Positions 8,723 through 20,306 are shown, counted from the stretch's first letter. The stretch: DNA of 64,000 bases from an uncultured Verrucomicrobiae bacterium (GCA_963836755.1 CAWIKF010000002.1:992001-1056000); one strand, 5' to 3'. Program-made: numbers and translations. The notes: generated by a model not told the origin, from the sequence alone.

Positions 8723-11700
8723 GTGACCGAGCCAAAATCGGAAAAACCCAGCTCCAAGCCCAAACGCCACTGGCTCCGCCGCATCGGTTACACGCTGCTC
8801 GCGCTGCTTTTTCTCCTCGTCGTCTTTCATCGGATGATTTTGATCTGCGGTCATCCACCTCGTCGCGATCAAAGTCGCCGCGAAACAGCACATCGCTCTG
8901 ACGCTCGACGTCGAGGGAACAGTGCTGACGAATCTGCGGCTGAAAAATATTCACGCGTTGCCGGAGGGAAATTCTCCGACGCCAGTCATCCGGATCAGCA
9001 TCGACGAAGTCAGCGTCCAATACACGCTCATCGGCCTGATCCGCCACGGCGCGCAGGATTTTCTAAAAAGTTACACGCTGCGCAACGCCGACATCCAGGT
9101 GCAGCCCGTCGCCGGTTCGCCCGAGCAAAAGCACGACCTCGCCTCAACGCTTCACGGCTTGATCCAGCAGCCCGCGCTCTTCAGCGACCGCGTCGATATT
9201 GAAAATATAAATCTCGTCGCGCATCTGCCCGATGGAGATTTCGCATTGAAAGGCGTCAATCTTTTACTCGATCCCACGCAAGCCGGCGAGCTGCGCATCG
9301 CGCTGTTGCAAGTCCCGCGCGTGCGGACGTGGGAAAATCTCCATGCAACGACGACCTACGCGCGTCGCGATTTGATCATCCGCGACCTGACGCTCGATCC
9401 GCAGATCGTGATCGAAAAATTCGAGCTCGACGCGTCGCAGCGAGCGCAGGGAATCAACCGGCTCGCGGTCGATGGAACATTTTTCGGCGGCTCCGCGGAG
9501 TTTTCGATGTTCATGCAGGAGCTCGGGAAAAATAAAGCGAACGTGAAAATCGAATCGCACCTCAAGGATTTTTCGCTCGAGAAAGTCAGCAAATATTTCA
9601 ACGCGCAGACGCCCGCGCTCGGCAGCATCACAGACTCGAGCATCGAGCTTTCCGGCGACCCGAATGTGCCCGCGTCGTGGACTGGCTCGATCGTTTCCAG
9701 CGCCGGCCCGCTGCACGCGGGAGCTTTTACGCTCGATCAAATCTCAGCGCGCGTGGATGCGAAGGCGGGGACAACGACGTTGAACGTAGCGTTAAACACC
9801 GGTCGCAACACGATCAACGTGCAGGCGCAATGCGCGCTGCCGCAAACGATGGACGGATTTGCCGGCACGAACATTGACGGAACTTTGACCGTGGCCGCCG
9901 ACGAGCTCGCAAAACTTTCCCCGCAGATCACCGGCGGTAACGTCGCGGCGAATGGAAGCTTTGCGCTGAAAAACAAAATGTTAACGGCGAAATTTGACGC
10001 GACCGCTGGCGCGATTGCCGGGAAAAACTTTGGTTTGGACAGTGCGACAGTGCACGTGACCGCAAGCAAGTCGCTCGAGGATAATTCGCAGCAGCCCGCG
10101 CCATTCGATGGCCTGCAAACCGGCATCAATGCAAGCTTCGCGGGCATCCACGCGCAGGATTACGCGATCGATTCCGGCACCCTCGATGTCGCGTCGCATG
10201 ACGCGCGAGTGCAGATCACGCAGCTGAATTTTAACCGCGACAAAAGCACGATCAGCGCGACCGGCGAATATACTTTGCCGCGCGACATGAAGTCGTTCGC
10301 TACTGCGCCCGGCTCGGTAAAATTTTCCGCGAGCGTGCCCAGTCTCGCCGCGTTCCGCACCGTGCCGGACTTGAACCAACCGAACGCGCAGATCGAAGCC
10401 GGCGGCAATCTTTCCAATGGAATCGACGGCTACGGCGGCGACGTGAAATTGACTGTGAGCAACATCACGTATCAGGATTTCTCCGCGAAAAATCTCGCGC
10501 TCGACGTCACGATTTCGCACAGCGTAGCCACGATCGACGCGCTGAACTTTGCTCTCAATGACACCGACGGATTTTCCGGAACGGGCCGCGTGGATCTGCG
10601 CACGCCGTTTGTTTATGACGGAAAATTGCAGGCAAATTTGCACGATTTATCGAAGTTCAACGCGCTCGTGAAAAATATGCAGGGCGGCCTCGCGGGCTCG
10701 CTGTGGCTTGATTGGCAGGGACACGGCCGCGTCGGCGATGTGCAGCATTCCGGCAACGTGCAGTTCATGATGAGCAACGGAAAAGCTGCGGGCGTGCAGG
10801 CGATCAACGCAAAAATCGCGGGCAGTTATTCGCCGGAGCTGATCGATCTGCCGACCTTTTGGATCACGACGAGCAAGGGAAATCTGGCCGCGACGATCGG
10901 CCTGAAAAATAATGTGCTGACGATCGGGCAGATCGCCGTGACGCAAGCAAAGAAGCCGCTTCTGACGGGATCAATCACGCTGCCGCTCGATTTGCGGAAC
11001 CCGAAAAATATCGAGTCGATCATCCCGATGAATGGGCCGGTGTCGGCAAATATTTCATCCGCCGATCTCGCGATCGATTCGTTTTTTCCAAAGGATCAGG
11101 CGCCGGCGCGCGGGACGGCAAAGCTGACGCTGACAGCATCGGGGACGATTGCGCAGCTCGATGCGCGCGTGCAATTGGCTGTGCAAAAGTTGCAGGCTAA
11201 AGCCGCCGCGAGTCTCGCGCCGACGAACATCAACTTTGACGCGCGGCTCGTGCAGGATCAGCTCTCGCTCAAGGGGCGCATCGACCAGCCAGCGATCAAG
11301 TCGATCGAAATCGCGGGCACGCTGCCGCTGCCGGTGCGGCAAATCATCGAGCAGAAAAAGATCGATCAAAATTCGCCGGTGCAGCTTTCGGTGCGGCTCC
11401 CGCAATCGTCTGTCGCTTTTTTAACGAAGGTGACACCGGCGATTCGTTATGTGGAAGGAACGGCGAGCGTGAATGTGGATGTCGCCGGCACAATTGCGCA
11501 TCCCGATTTCGCGGGCTCGGCGCTGCTGAATTTGCCTGCGATTCGCTTTACCAATCAGGATTTGCCGGCGGTCAGCGGATTCCGCGGCGACATCGGTTTT
11601 GCAAAAAACAAGCTGACGGTGAATCGGCTCGGCGGCGATATCTCCGGCGGCTCGGTGAATGTCACCGGCAGCGTTTTGTTTGCGACGTTGGCGAATCCGC

Positions 11701-12602
11701 AGATTGATTTGCGGATGACTTCAAACGAGGCGCTGCTCGTGCGCAACGAGTCGCTGACGGTGCGCGCGGATTCGGATTTGCGCGTGACCGGGCCGCTGGC
11801 CGGCGCGACGGTCGCCGGGACGATCGGCATCACGCACAGCAAATTTTTCCGCGACATCGATATCCTGCCGATCGAGCTGCCAGGCCGTCCCGCGCCGAAA
11901 CCGCCGGAGACGACGGCTGGATTTTCGATCGACAAACCGCCGCTCAGCAATTGGAAATTTGACCTCGCGATCAAGACGAAAGATCCGCTGAAAGTGCGCG
12001 GCAATCTTGCGAACGGCGCGGTCGTCATTGATATGAAAGTGGTCGGCACGGGCCGCGCGCCGGCGCTCGACGGCTCGGTGCGGATCGAGAATTTCATCGC
12101 GTCGCTGCCGTTTTCAAAACTCGAGGTGCGCTACGGCTATGTCTACTTTGCGCCGGACGAACCGTTCGTGCCGAAGCTCGACATCCAAGGGACATCGACG
12201 ATGCGCGACTACAATATCAGCGTTTACATTTTCGGCACCGCGAGTGATCCGCAGACGGTTTTTTCATCGGAGCCGCCGCTGCCGCAGGAGGACATCCTCG
12301 CGCTGCTGGCCACGGGGACAACGGTTTCGGAATTAACCGGCAATGCCGACGTGCTCGCGGGTCGCGCCGCGTCGCTGTTGTTTCAAAAAGTGTATCACAA
12401 GTTTTTCAAATCGAAGGAGCCGTCGGAAAACGAATCGTTCATCAGCCGCTTCAGCGTGGATCTCGGCGGCGTCGATCCGAAAACCGGCCAGCAGGAAGTC
12501 AACACGCGCTTCAAGATCGGCGAAAACTTTTACCTCATCGGCGATCTCGATGTGGGTGGAAATATTCGCGGCGAGGTGAAGTATTTGCTGCGGTTCCGAT
12601 GA
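8723..12602 (+). CDS. tamB: TamB/AsmA-like translocation and assembly module protein, frameshifted near 8846
   Basis: N-terminal signal anchor (8723 frame) joins the 1226-aa beta-rich frame after TTGATCT|GCGGTC. C-terminal TamB motif FSSEPPLPQEDILALLATG. Directly upstream of an Omp85 gene. Confidence 0.85.
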
Positions 12603-14713
12603 AGCGCATTCTCTCGCGATGGAAAACTTTTCTGCTCGTGCTTGGCTGCGCGGGTCTCTGCATCGGCCTGCGCGCGGCGGAGCAGCCGAAGAATAATCCG
12701 CCGAAGCTCGAGGAGAATCCCGCAGCGTCGATGCCGCCGACGCCGCCGAAAAAGTCGAACGTGCAGGTGCGGTTTGAGGGCGCATCGCATTTTCCCGAGG
12801 CCACTCTGCGCGCGGCGATCGCAGAGCAGATTACGGTGATCGAGCAGCAATCGCTCACGCCCGCGCTCGCGGACGACACCGCATTTTTTCTCGGCATTTT
12901 CTATCGCAAAAACGGTTACTCTCAGGCCGACGTGAAGTTTCGGATCGATGGTCCGCGCGCGCTTACGCTGACGGTTGCTGCAGGGCCGCTCACGACGCTT
13001 GGCGACATCACGCTCCACGGGAATTCGGGCGAGCCGGATGCGACTTTGCGCGACTACATCATCGGTGCGACGCGCGAACGCTTTCCGCACACGAAGACGG
13101 CGCTGCCGTTCGTGCAGGCGGACGTGGATACAGGCGTGGAGCGGATTCGCGGGCTGTATCGCTCCGAGGGATTTCTCGACGCGGTGGTGGACGACGCGAA
13201 AGTCACCTTCAATCGCGACCACACGCGCGCGGACGTTTTCGTCAATATCCACGAAGGGACGCGCTACCGTTTCGGCAAGATCGATTTCAACGGCGACATC
13301 GTCTTTTTCCACGGCGGCGATACCGACCCGGAGTTGCAGAAGCTCGTCAAGCCATTCGCGGAAAAACCTTACACGCCGCAGCAGGTCACGAACATGCAGC
13401 GCGCGGTCGTTTATTTTTATAAAACCCGCGGCTACTACGACGTCAAAGTAGACGTCGACAGCGACCCGGCCAATGCGCACGACGGCGCGGTGCCGACGAC
13501 ATTCCGCATCGATTCCGGCAACGTCTATCGCTTCGACGGCGTGAGCCAGGAAGGGCTCGATCGGCTGAGCGCAAAGTTTCTGCCGAGCCGTTTCGCGAGC
13601 CTCAGCGGGAAATTCTACAACCCGCAAGTCCTCGACGAAAAGTTCCGCGAAATGATGCGCACCGGCCTCTTCAAGCAGCTCCGCATCGAGCCGCGCCCGC
13701 TGCCGGACCACACCATCGAGCTCCACATGAAAGTCGAGGAAGCGAAGGCGAAAGAACTCGGCTTCCTGCTCGGCTACGGCACTTACGAGGGCGCGATCAT
13801 CGGCGTCTCCGCAGCAGACCGCGACCTCTTCGGAACCGGGCGCCCGCTCACCACGAAGATCGAGCTTTCGCAGCGGTTTCTAAAAGGCGAAATCGTTTAT
13901 GACGATCCCTGGTTTTGGGAAAGCCCATACGAGCTGCGGCTTCGGCTCTACGGCATCGGCGCGAACTTTGACGGCTATAGCAAAATCGAGGAAGGCATTC
14001 GCGCCGAGCTGAGCCGGAAGCTCACAAAGAAGCTCGAGGCCACACTCTTCGTCGGCACCCGGCACGAGAGCATCACCGACGACGGCATCGTGCCGGAAGT
14101 GCTCGGCCCCACCAGCTATCTCGTCAACGCCATCGGCTCCGCCATCACCCTCGACTACCGCGACAGCGCGATCAATCCCACGCGCGGCTCCATCCTGAAC
14201 ACCACCGTCGATTACGCCGGCAGCGTCCTCGGCAGCGACATCGACTTTGTCCGCAGCACAGCGCGGTTCTCTTATTATATCCCGATCAAAAAAACCACGC
14301 TCGCCTTCGGTGCACGCGCTGGCATTCTCGTCCCGACCAGTGGCAGCACCGAGGATATCCCGATCGACGAGCGGTTTTTTAATGGCGGCAGCCGCAGCGT
14401 CCGCAGCTTCAGCGAGCGCGACCTCGGCCCGCACGATCGCCACGGCTATCCGATCGGCGGCGATTCCTTCAGCGTCTTCAATGTCGAATACACCTTCCCG
14501 ATCTGGGGCGATCTGCTTGGGGCGACCTTCGTCGATGCCGGCAGCGTCGGGCGCGACTCCACGTCCTTCGGCGTCATGCGCTACGGCATCGGCGGCGGCA
14601 TCCGGTATCGCACGCCAGTCGGGCCGCTGCGCATCGACTACGGCGTGAACCCATCGCCGCGCAACCACGAACACGCCGGCGCGCTCAATATCTCCTTCGG
14701 CGTCGCCTTTTAG
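12599..14713 (+). CDS. tamA: Omp85/TamA-BamA family outer membrane protein
   Basis: POTRA-like repeats, FFNGGSRSVRSF, TPVGPLRIDYG, C-terminal Phe. Confidence 0.9.
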   Translation: MKRILSRWKTFLLVLGCAGLCIGLRAAEQPKNNPPKLEENPAASMPPTPPKKSNVQVRFEGASHFPEATLRAAIAEQITVIEQQSLTPALADDTAFFLGIFYRKNGYSQADVKFRIDGPRALTLTVAAGPLTTLGDITLHGNSGEPDATLRDYIIGATRERFPHTKTALPFVQADVDTGVERIRGLYRSEGFLDAVVDDAKVTFNRDHTRADVFVNIHEGTRYRFGKIDFNGDIVFFHGGDTDPELQKLVKPFAEKPYTPQQVTNMQRAVVYFYKTRGYYDVKVDVDSDPANAHDGAVPTTFRIDSGNVYRFDGVSQEGLDRLSAKFLPSRFASLSGKFYNPQVLDEKFREMMRTGLFKQLRIEPRPLPDHTIELHMKVEEAKAKELGFLLGYGTYEGAIIGVSAADRDLFGTGRPLTTKIELSQRFLKGEIVYDDPWFWESPYELRLRLYGIGANFDGYSKIEEGIRAELSRKLTKKLEATLFVGTRHESITDDGIVPEVLGPTSYLVNAIGSAITLDYRDSAINPTRGSILNTTVDYAGSVLGSDIDFVRSTARFSYYIPIKKTTLAFGARAGILVPTSGSTEDIPIDERFFNGGSRSVRSFSERDLGPHDRHGYPIGGDSFSVFNVEYTFPIWGDLLGATFVDAGSVGRDSTSFGVMRYGIGGGIRYRTPVGPLRIDYGVNPSPRNHEHAGALNISFGVAF

Positions 14714-15210
14714 CCCTCGGCCTCGGCCATCCGCTTCCGGTTCAGGAAAGCGCGGCACGCGCCTTTGATGCGCGTCAAAATATAATAAACCGTCTGCGAG
14801 CGCACCCGCACGAGCTGCCCGCCCACGATCTTCGGCACGAAATCCGCCGGCACATCGAGGATTTCCTGCAGCGCGCACCCTTCCAGTCCCTTGCACAAAA
14901 TCGTCGCCATCGCTTTCGTCAAAATCTGCACCTTTGGCCCCAGCGACAGCCGCAAGTGCGCTTCGCCGCCCGCATCGACCCGCAGATGCACGCCCACGGT
15001 GTCCGCGCATTCCTCATCCTTGCGCACATCCTCGAGGTCAAACTTTTCGCCATCGCGCGGCCCGCAATTGCGCGCCTGGTCGGCATACGCGATCAAATTC
15101 TCGCGCTTCTCCTCCTCCGGCAGCATCTCGAAAAGCGACACGATCGCCTGCAACTTCCCCGGGTAAACCGACGCCGGATTCTCCTCCGGCTCTGGACAAA
15201 TCTTCTTCAT
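14710..15210 (-). CDS. sufE: SufE family sulfur acceptor protein
   Basis: Length and pattern (KLQAIVSLFEMLPEEEKRENLIAYA...ECADTVGV...EILDVPADF) match SufE-like proteins. Confidence 0.75.
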   Translation of the reverse strand: MKKICPEPEENPASVYPGKLQAIVSLFEMLPEEEKRENLIAYADQARNCGPRDGEKFDLEDVRKDEECADTVGVHLRVDAGGEAHLRLSLGPKVQILTKAMATILCKGLEGCALQEILDVPADFVPKIVGGQLVRVRSQTVYYILTRIKGACRAFLNRKRMAEAEG

Positions 15211-15280
15211 GAGTAAAAAAAGCCGTCACACGCGGCGAACGGCGCACCGTAATGCGCAAATCCCGGGCTTGCAACGCCAC

Positions 15281-15575
15281 AAACCGGTATCCATCGTCGG
15301 AAACCCATCTCGCATCATCGGAAACCGGTCTTGCATCGTCGGAAACCGGTCTCGCATCGTCGGAAACCGGTCTCGCATCGTCGGAAACCGGTCTCGCATC
15401 GTCGGAAACCGGTCTCGCATCGTCGGAAGCCCGTCTCGCGTCATCGGAAACCGGTCTTGCATCATCGGAAACCAGTCTCGCATCGTCGGAAACCCGTCTC
15501 GCGTCATCGGAAACCGATCTCACATCGTCGGAAACCAGTCTCGCGTCATCGGAAACCGATCTCACATCGTCGGAA
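15281..15575. repeat. 21-bp tandem array, about 13.5 units, consensus CATCGTCGGAAACCGGTCTCG
   Basis: Unit starts from 15292 to 15565 are exactly 13x21 bp apart; all six frames are open across it. Confidence 0.97.
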
Positions 15576-15629
15576 CGCATCTTTGGTTGCCTATCAACAA
15601 TCATCCAGCTGTATTAGCGCCCCGGAAAC

Positions 15630-16070
15630 ATGAACGCGACCGACCTCCCTCAATACATCCTCGACACTTTCCCGGCGGTGGAAACAGCGGAAAACTTTGG
15701 CTACCAGTTCTTCTTTTATGGCGCCGACCGGATCCGGCCGTTCGCTTCGCTGGCGACCGCGGATGCCGAGTATGACCGCTTTTCCAATCTCGACCGCCCC
15801 GGCGTCTATCGCCTGAACTTCGGGATTCGCAGGGCGAGTTTCGAAGCGCTCTTTGGCACGGACCCGCTCGATCTCGCCGATTACGATTTCACGGCGCTCG
15901 ACCGGATCATGCCGCATCCCGAGTATTCGCCGCAGTTTTTCGTCTGCGTGCTCAACCCGAAGACGACATGGCCGACTGTGGAAAAGCTGCTGGCCGAGGC
16001 GCATGAGATCGCCATGAATCGCCACGCGAGGGCCGAAAAGTCGCGCGATCCGAAAGCCGCAGACGCCTGA
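15630..16070 (+). CDS. DUF6194-like hypothetical protein
   Basis: SNLDRPGVYRLNFGI...DFTALDRIMPHPEY...VCVLNP pattern. Confidence 0.75.
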   Translation: MNATDLPQYILDTFPAVETAENFGYQFFFYGADRIRPFASLATADAEYDRFSNLDRPGVYRLNFGIRRASFEALFGTDPLDLADYDFTALDRIMPHPEYSPQFFVCVLNPKTTWPTVEKLLAEAHEIAMNRHARAEKSRDPKAADA

Positions 16071-16074
16071 ACTT

Positions 16075-17064
16075 TTACGGCACCGGCAGGCCGGCAAAGA
16101 TTTTCTCGATGATCGTCTCGCTGGTAATGTTCTCCGCCTCGGCCTCGTAGCTGACGATGATGCGGTGCCGCAGCACGTCGGCGCCGATGCTTTTCACATC
16201 CTGCGGCGTCACGTAACCGCGGCCTTGCAGGAAAGCGCGGGCGCGGGCGGCGAGGGTGAGATTGATCGTCGCGCGCGGGCTGCCGCCGTAGCGGATGAGG
16301 CCGTCGAGCTGCAGGTTGTAGCGCGCCGGTTCGCGCGTGGCCCAGACGACGTCGACGATGTAATCTTTCACGCGGTCGTCGATGTAGATGTCGTTTACAA
16401 TGGCGCGCGCGCGGATGATGTCCTGCACTTGCACGACTGGGTTCACGTCGAGCCGCGGCGAGCTGGTGCCCATCAAGTCGAGGATCTGCCGCTCCTCGAT
16501 TTTCGTTGGGTAGCCGACATTGAGCTTGAGCATGAAGCGATCGACCTGCGCCTCGGGCAGTTGATACGTCCCTTCCTGCTCGATCGGATTTTGCGTGGCC
16601 AAAACGAGGAACGGATCGGGCAATTTATACGTCGCCTCGCCGATCGTGACCTGCCTTTCCTGCATCGCCTCGAGCAGCGCGCTCTGCACTTTCGCGGGCG
16701 CGCGATTGATTTCATCGGCGAGGATGAGATTGGAAAAAAGTGGGCCGTGCTTTGTGGTGAATTCGCCGCTGCGCGGGTTGTAGATCAGTGTGCCGATGAG
16801 GTCGGCGGGAAGAAGGTCGGGCGTGAATTGAATCCGCTGAAACCCGGTCTGGATGCAGGCTGCGAGCGTGCGGACGGTGAGAGTTTTCGCAAGACCCGGC
16901 ACGCCCTCGAGAAGCACGTGGCCGTTGGTCAAAAGTCCGGTGAGCAAGCCTTCGATGAGATATTTCTGACCGATGACGACGCGCGAGATTTCCCGCTGCA
17001 GCGGTTCGATCCATGCGCCTTCCTGCTGGACTTGCTGTGTGATTTCTTGTGTGGATGTCGCCAT
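16075..17064 (-). CDS. moxR: MoxR family AAA+ ATPase
   Basis: LEGVPGLAKT, RIQFTPDLLPAD, DEINRAPAKVQSALLEAMQE, ATQNPIEQEGTY. Confidence 0.95.
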   Translation of the reverse strand: MATSTQEITQQVQQEGAWIEPLQREISRVVIGQKYLIEGLLTGLLTNGHVLLEGVPGLAKTLTVRTLAACIQTGFQRIQFTPDLLPADLIGTLIYNPRSGEFTTKHGPLFSNLILADEINRAPAKVQSALLEAMQERQVTIGEATYKLPDPFLVLATQNPIEQEGTYQLPEAQVDRFMLKLNVGYPTKIEERQILDLMGTSSPRLDVNPVVQVQDIIRARAIVNDIYIDDRVKDYIVDVVWATREPARYNLQLDGLIRYGGSPRATINLTLAARARAFLQGRGYVTPQDVKSIGADVLRHRIIVSYEAEAENITSETIIEKIFAGLPVP

Positions 17065-17150
17065 AATTTTTGCCGGCAGGGTGACAATTTAAGACAACGC
17101 CGCGCGCCATTCGTTCGATAACGGCGGTCAATTTCGCAGCGAGGCTCGCG

Positions 17151-17705
17151 CTATTGTTTGCGAAATTCCTCAGTCACCTGCGCGACGATGATGCCAGATT
17201 TTCGGATCGTGTCGCGGTTGATCATCGTGCGGCCGTCGGGCTGCAGATACATCCATTGCGTGAGACGGACGCGGCTGAGCGGATTGCCGGGCGCGAGCGC
17301 GACGGTGAAGCTCCAGCGAAATGCATTGCCATAGGCGACGCCGTGTGCGGTGCCGATGACGTCATTCGCCGTGGCCTCGTAATGATGCGCGTCGAGCCGG
17401 CGCAATCGCCACGAGCGGTGCTGGCGCTTGCCGCTTTCAAACGCGAGATCCTGCTCGAGGTGCAGCACGCTGCCTTCCCAATGTCCCCACGTCTCGGTCG
17501 TGATCCGCTGCGTCGGTGCGCCGCCGCGCGTCTCAAAAATTCCCCACGAGCGCGTGTGGCCGGTGAAAAACTTTTCCGGCTCGAAAAGCGGGCGGCCGTT
17601 TGCGAATGCGTCCGGCTTCATGCTCGCGCAACCTGCGAGCATCGAGAACGCGAGCAAAGGCAGCGAAAGTTTTTTCGCAGCCGTGAAGAAAATTCCAAAG
17701 CGCAT
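17151..17705 (-). CDS. DUF3833 family lipoprotein
   Basis: Lipobox LAGC; FEPEKFFTGHTRSWG...QWMYLQPDG...INR pattern. Confidence 0.8.
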   Translation of the reverse strand: MRFGIFFTAAKKLSLPLLAFSMLAGCASMKPDAFANGRPLFEPEKFFTGHTRSWGIFETRGGAPTQRITTETWGHWEGSVLHLEQDLAFESGKRQHRSWRLRRLDAHHYEATANDVIGTAHGVAYGNAFRWSFTVALAPGNPLSRVRLTQWMYLQPDGRTMINRDTIRKSGIIVAQVTEEFRKQ

Positions 17706-17765
17706 GCGCTGGAAAATCGCGCCGGTGCGCGGCTTTGGCCGTGGCGAACAAAGTTCGCGCCTGTT

Positions 17766-18329
17766 TTACAGCTGTAAAAAGTTCTGCAACAACTTTTTGC
17801 CGGCCAGCGTCAGGATCGATTCCGGATGAAACTGCACGCCGTGGATCGGCAGCTCGCGATGCCGCAGGCCCATGATTTCTTTCTCCGCAGTCTCGGCGGT
17901 GATCTCGAGGCACGCCGGCAACGTGTCCCGCTTGACGATGAGCGAGTGGTAACGCGTCGCTTCAAATGGATTCGGCAGCTCCGCGAAAACGCCTTCGTCG
18001 TTATGCAGGATCGGCGAGGTTTTTCCGTGCATGAGCCGCCCAGCGCGGACGACTTCGCCGCCGAAAACATCGCCGATGCATTGATGGCCGAGGCAGACGC
18101 CGAGCAGCGGTAAACTTTTTCCAAAATGCAAAATCACGTCGTTGCTGATGCCCGCTTCTTTCGGCGTGCACGGGCCCGGCGAGATGACGATCCGCTCCGG
18201 TTTCATCGCGGCGATTTCATCGAGCGTGACCTCGTCGTTCCGCTTCACCACAGGCTCCGCGCCGAGTTCGCCGAAATATTGGACGAGGTTGTAGGTGAAC
18301 GAATCGTAGTTATCGATGACGAGCAGCAT
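17766..18329 (-). CDS. trpG: Anthranilate synthase component II / glutamine amidotransferase
   Basis: [31 protein letters not shown]. Confidence 0.95.
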   Translation of the reverse strand: MLLVIDNYDSFTYNLVQYFGELGAEPVVKRNDEVTLDEIAAMKPERIVISPGPCTPKEAGISNDVILHFGKSLPLLGVCLGHQCIGDVFGGEVVRAGRLMHGKTSPILHNDEGVFAELPNPFEATRYHSLIVKRDTLPACLEITAETAEKEIMGLRHRELPIHGVQFHPESILTLAGKKLLQNFLQL

Positions 18330-18359
18330 GGGAATCGAGAATTTGAATTTTGACTTTGT

Positions 18360-19874
18360 TTAAACTTTTTTCGCGCGCGAAATCGCCGTCATCATCCCCA
18401 TCGCCTTGTTCACCGTTTCCTGAAATTCGCCCTCGGGCGTCGAATCGGCAACCACGCCGCCGCCCGCCTGCACAAAGGCTTTGCCGTCTTTCAGCACCAC
18501 CGTCCGCAGCGCGATGCACGAGTCGGAATTCCCATCGAATCCGAAATAGCCGACCGCGCCGGCATAGGTGCCGCGTTTACTTTTTTCAAACTGGTTGATG
18601 ATTTGCATCGCGCGCACTTTCGGCGAGCCGCTGACCGTGCCCGCGGGAAATGTGGCGCGCATCACGTCGTAGGCATTTTTGTCCGCACGCAAATCGCCGA
18701 TGACGTTCGAGACGATGTGCATGACGTGACTGTATTTTTCAATCGTCATGAAATCGGTAACGCGCACGCTGCCGAATTCCGCGATGCGGCCGACGTCGTT
18801 GCGCGCGAGATCCACGAGCATCAAATGCTCCGCGCGCTCCTTCGGATCGGCGAGCAATTCGCGCGCGTTCGCCTCGTCCTGCTCCGGCGTCGCGCCGCGC
18901 CGCCGCGTGCCTGCGATCGGGCGGATTTCGACTTTGCCATTGAGCGCGCGCACGTGGACTTCCGGCGAGCTGCCGACGAGCGCGAATCCTTTGCCAGAGC
19001 CGCTTTCAGGTTCATCGGGAAATTTGAAACAGAACATGTAAGGCGATGGATTCACGAAGCGCAGGCTGCGATACAACGTCAGCGCGTCGCCCGCATATTC
19101 CGTCTCGAAACGCTGCGACGGGACGATCTGAAAAATGTCGCCGGCGTGGATGAACTCATGCGCGTCGCGCACCATCTGCTCGTATTCCGCGCGCGTCGTA
19201 TTGGATCGCGGCGTGAGCGATTCGGGCTCGCGGTGAATGTTGATCGCAGGCAGCCGCGCGGGCTCCGCGAGTTTTTTCAAAATCGCGCGAATCGCCGCGC
19301 AAGCGTCGTCAAATGCCCGGCCGGGATCATCGCCGATCTGCGCATTCGCGAGCACGCGGAGGCGTCGCAGTTGATGATCGAAAATCAGCAGCGTGTCCGT
19401 GATGAAAAAAAACGACTCGGGCAAATTCAATTCGTCCGGCGGTGGCGCGCCGATGCTCGGCTCGAAAAAGCGAACGACATCGTATGCGAGATAGCCGACC
19501 GCGCCGCCGACGAAACGCGGCAGGTCCGGCAGGCTGACCGGCTTGAATCGCGCCATCAATTTTTGCAACTCGCTCAACGGATCGTCCGTCGATTCGAACT
19601 CGCGCACCGCGCCATTTTCCACGATGCGAATGGTGCGTCCGTTGCTTTGAAAAATGATGCGCGGATTACTGCCGACGAACGAGTAGCGCCCGCCCTGGTC
19701 GATGTGCTCGGCCGATTCCAGCAGGAACGAATGGCCGCCGCCGTCGATTTTTGAAAACGCCGAAACCGGCGTCTCGGCGTCGGCGATGAGTTCCGTGTAA
19801 ACGGGAATCAGGTTGCCGTTTTTCGCCAGCTCGCAAAATTCCGCGCGTGACGGTTTGAAAATTTCCTCGTCCAT
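18360..19874 (-). CDS. trpE: Anthranilate synthase component I
   Basis: LLES, NPSPYM, SSPE, PIAGTRRRG, EHLMLVDLARND, FPAGTVSGSPK; true start MDEEIFK. Confidence 0.95.
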   Translation of the reverse strand: MDEEIFKPSRAEFCELAKNGNLIPVYTELIADAETPVSAFSKIDGGGHSFLLESAEHIDQGGRYSFVGSNPRIIFQSNGRTIRIVENGAVREFESTDDPLSELQKLMARFKPVSLPDLPRFVGGAVGYLAYDVVRFFEPSIGAPPPDELNLPESFFFITDTLLIFDHQLRRLRVLANAQIGDDPGRAFDDACAAIRAILKKLAEPARLPAINIHREPESLTPRSNTTRAEYEQMVRDAHEFIHAGDIFQIVPSQRFETEYAGDALTLYRSLRFVNPSPYMFCFKFPDEPESGSGKGFALVGSSPEVHVRALNGKVEIRPIAGTRRRGATPEQDEANARELLADPKERAEHLMLVDLARNDVGRIAEFGSVRVTDFMTIEKYSHVMHIVSNVIGDLRADKNAYDVMRATFPAGTVSGSPKVRAMQIINQFEKSKRGTYAGAVGYFGFDGNSDSCIALRTVVLKDGKAFVQAGGGVVADSTPEGEFQETVNKAMGMMTAISRAKKV

Positions 19875-20251
19875 CAGCGGTAGGTTTTTTCCGCGTCGAA
19901 AACTTTTTCCTCGGCGATCGGCACGGGCGATCCGTCGCGATCGAGCTGCTGGAAAAAACAGCTTTCGTAGCCTGTGTGGCACGCGCCGCTGGTCTGCTCG
20001 ACCTCGAACAGAAGCGTGTCCGCATCGCAATCGACGAACCAGCGGACGAGCCGCTGCGTGTGGCCGCTCGTCTCGCCTTTGATCCAAAGTTTTTTGCGCG
20101 AGCGGCTCCAGTATGTCATCAGACCGCTTTCGCATGTTTTCGCGAGCGATTCGCGGTTCATCCACGCCATCATCAGCACGCGCCGGCTTGCGGCGTCCTG
20201 CACGATCGCGGGGATGAGGCCGTCGGCATTGGTTTTAAAATCGAGATTCAT
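19874..20251 (-). CDS. hisI: Phosphoribosyl-AMP cyclohydrolase
   Basis: [36 protein letters not shown]. Confidence 0.95.
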   Translation of the reverse strand: MNLDFKTNADGLIPAIVQDAASRRVLMMAWMNRESLAKTCESGLMTYWSRSRKKLWIKGETSGHTQRLVRWFVDCDADTLLFEVEQTSGACHTGYESCFFQQLDRDGSPVPIAEEKVFDAEKTYR

Positions 20252-20261
20252 ACGTTTGTTT

Positions 20262-20306
20262 AAAAAAAGAAAAAGCCCGACGATTCATGGGATGGAATCA
20301 TCGGGC
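20262..20306 (-). terminator. Intrinsic terminator in the hisI-trpEG leader (putative attenuator)
   Basis: Minus strand GCCCGATGATTC-loop-GAATCGTCGGGC followed by TTTTTCTTTTTTT, about 10 nt before the hisI ATG. Confidence 0.8.

Noticed and set aside
12530..15010. Long antisense ORFs here and elsewhere (e.g. 16165..17121, 23358..24527, 49509..51026)
   Set aside because: These are shadow ORFs opposite well-supported genes in high-GC DNA and have no recognisable motifs.
15038..15775. Five overlapping repeat ORFs as genuine genes
   Set aside because: They follow from a stop-free 21-bp unit; no clear RBS supports them, and at most one could be real.
18360..20165. HisI-TrpE fusion or N-terminally extended TrpE
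   Set aside because: hisI is in a different frame with its own stop overlapping the trpE ATG at 19874.
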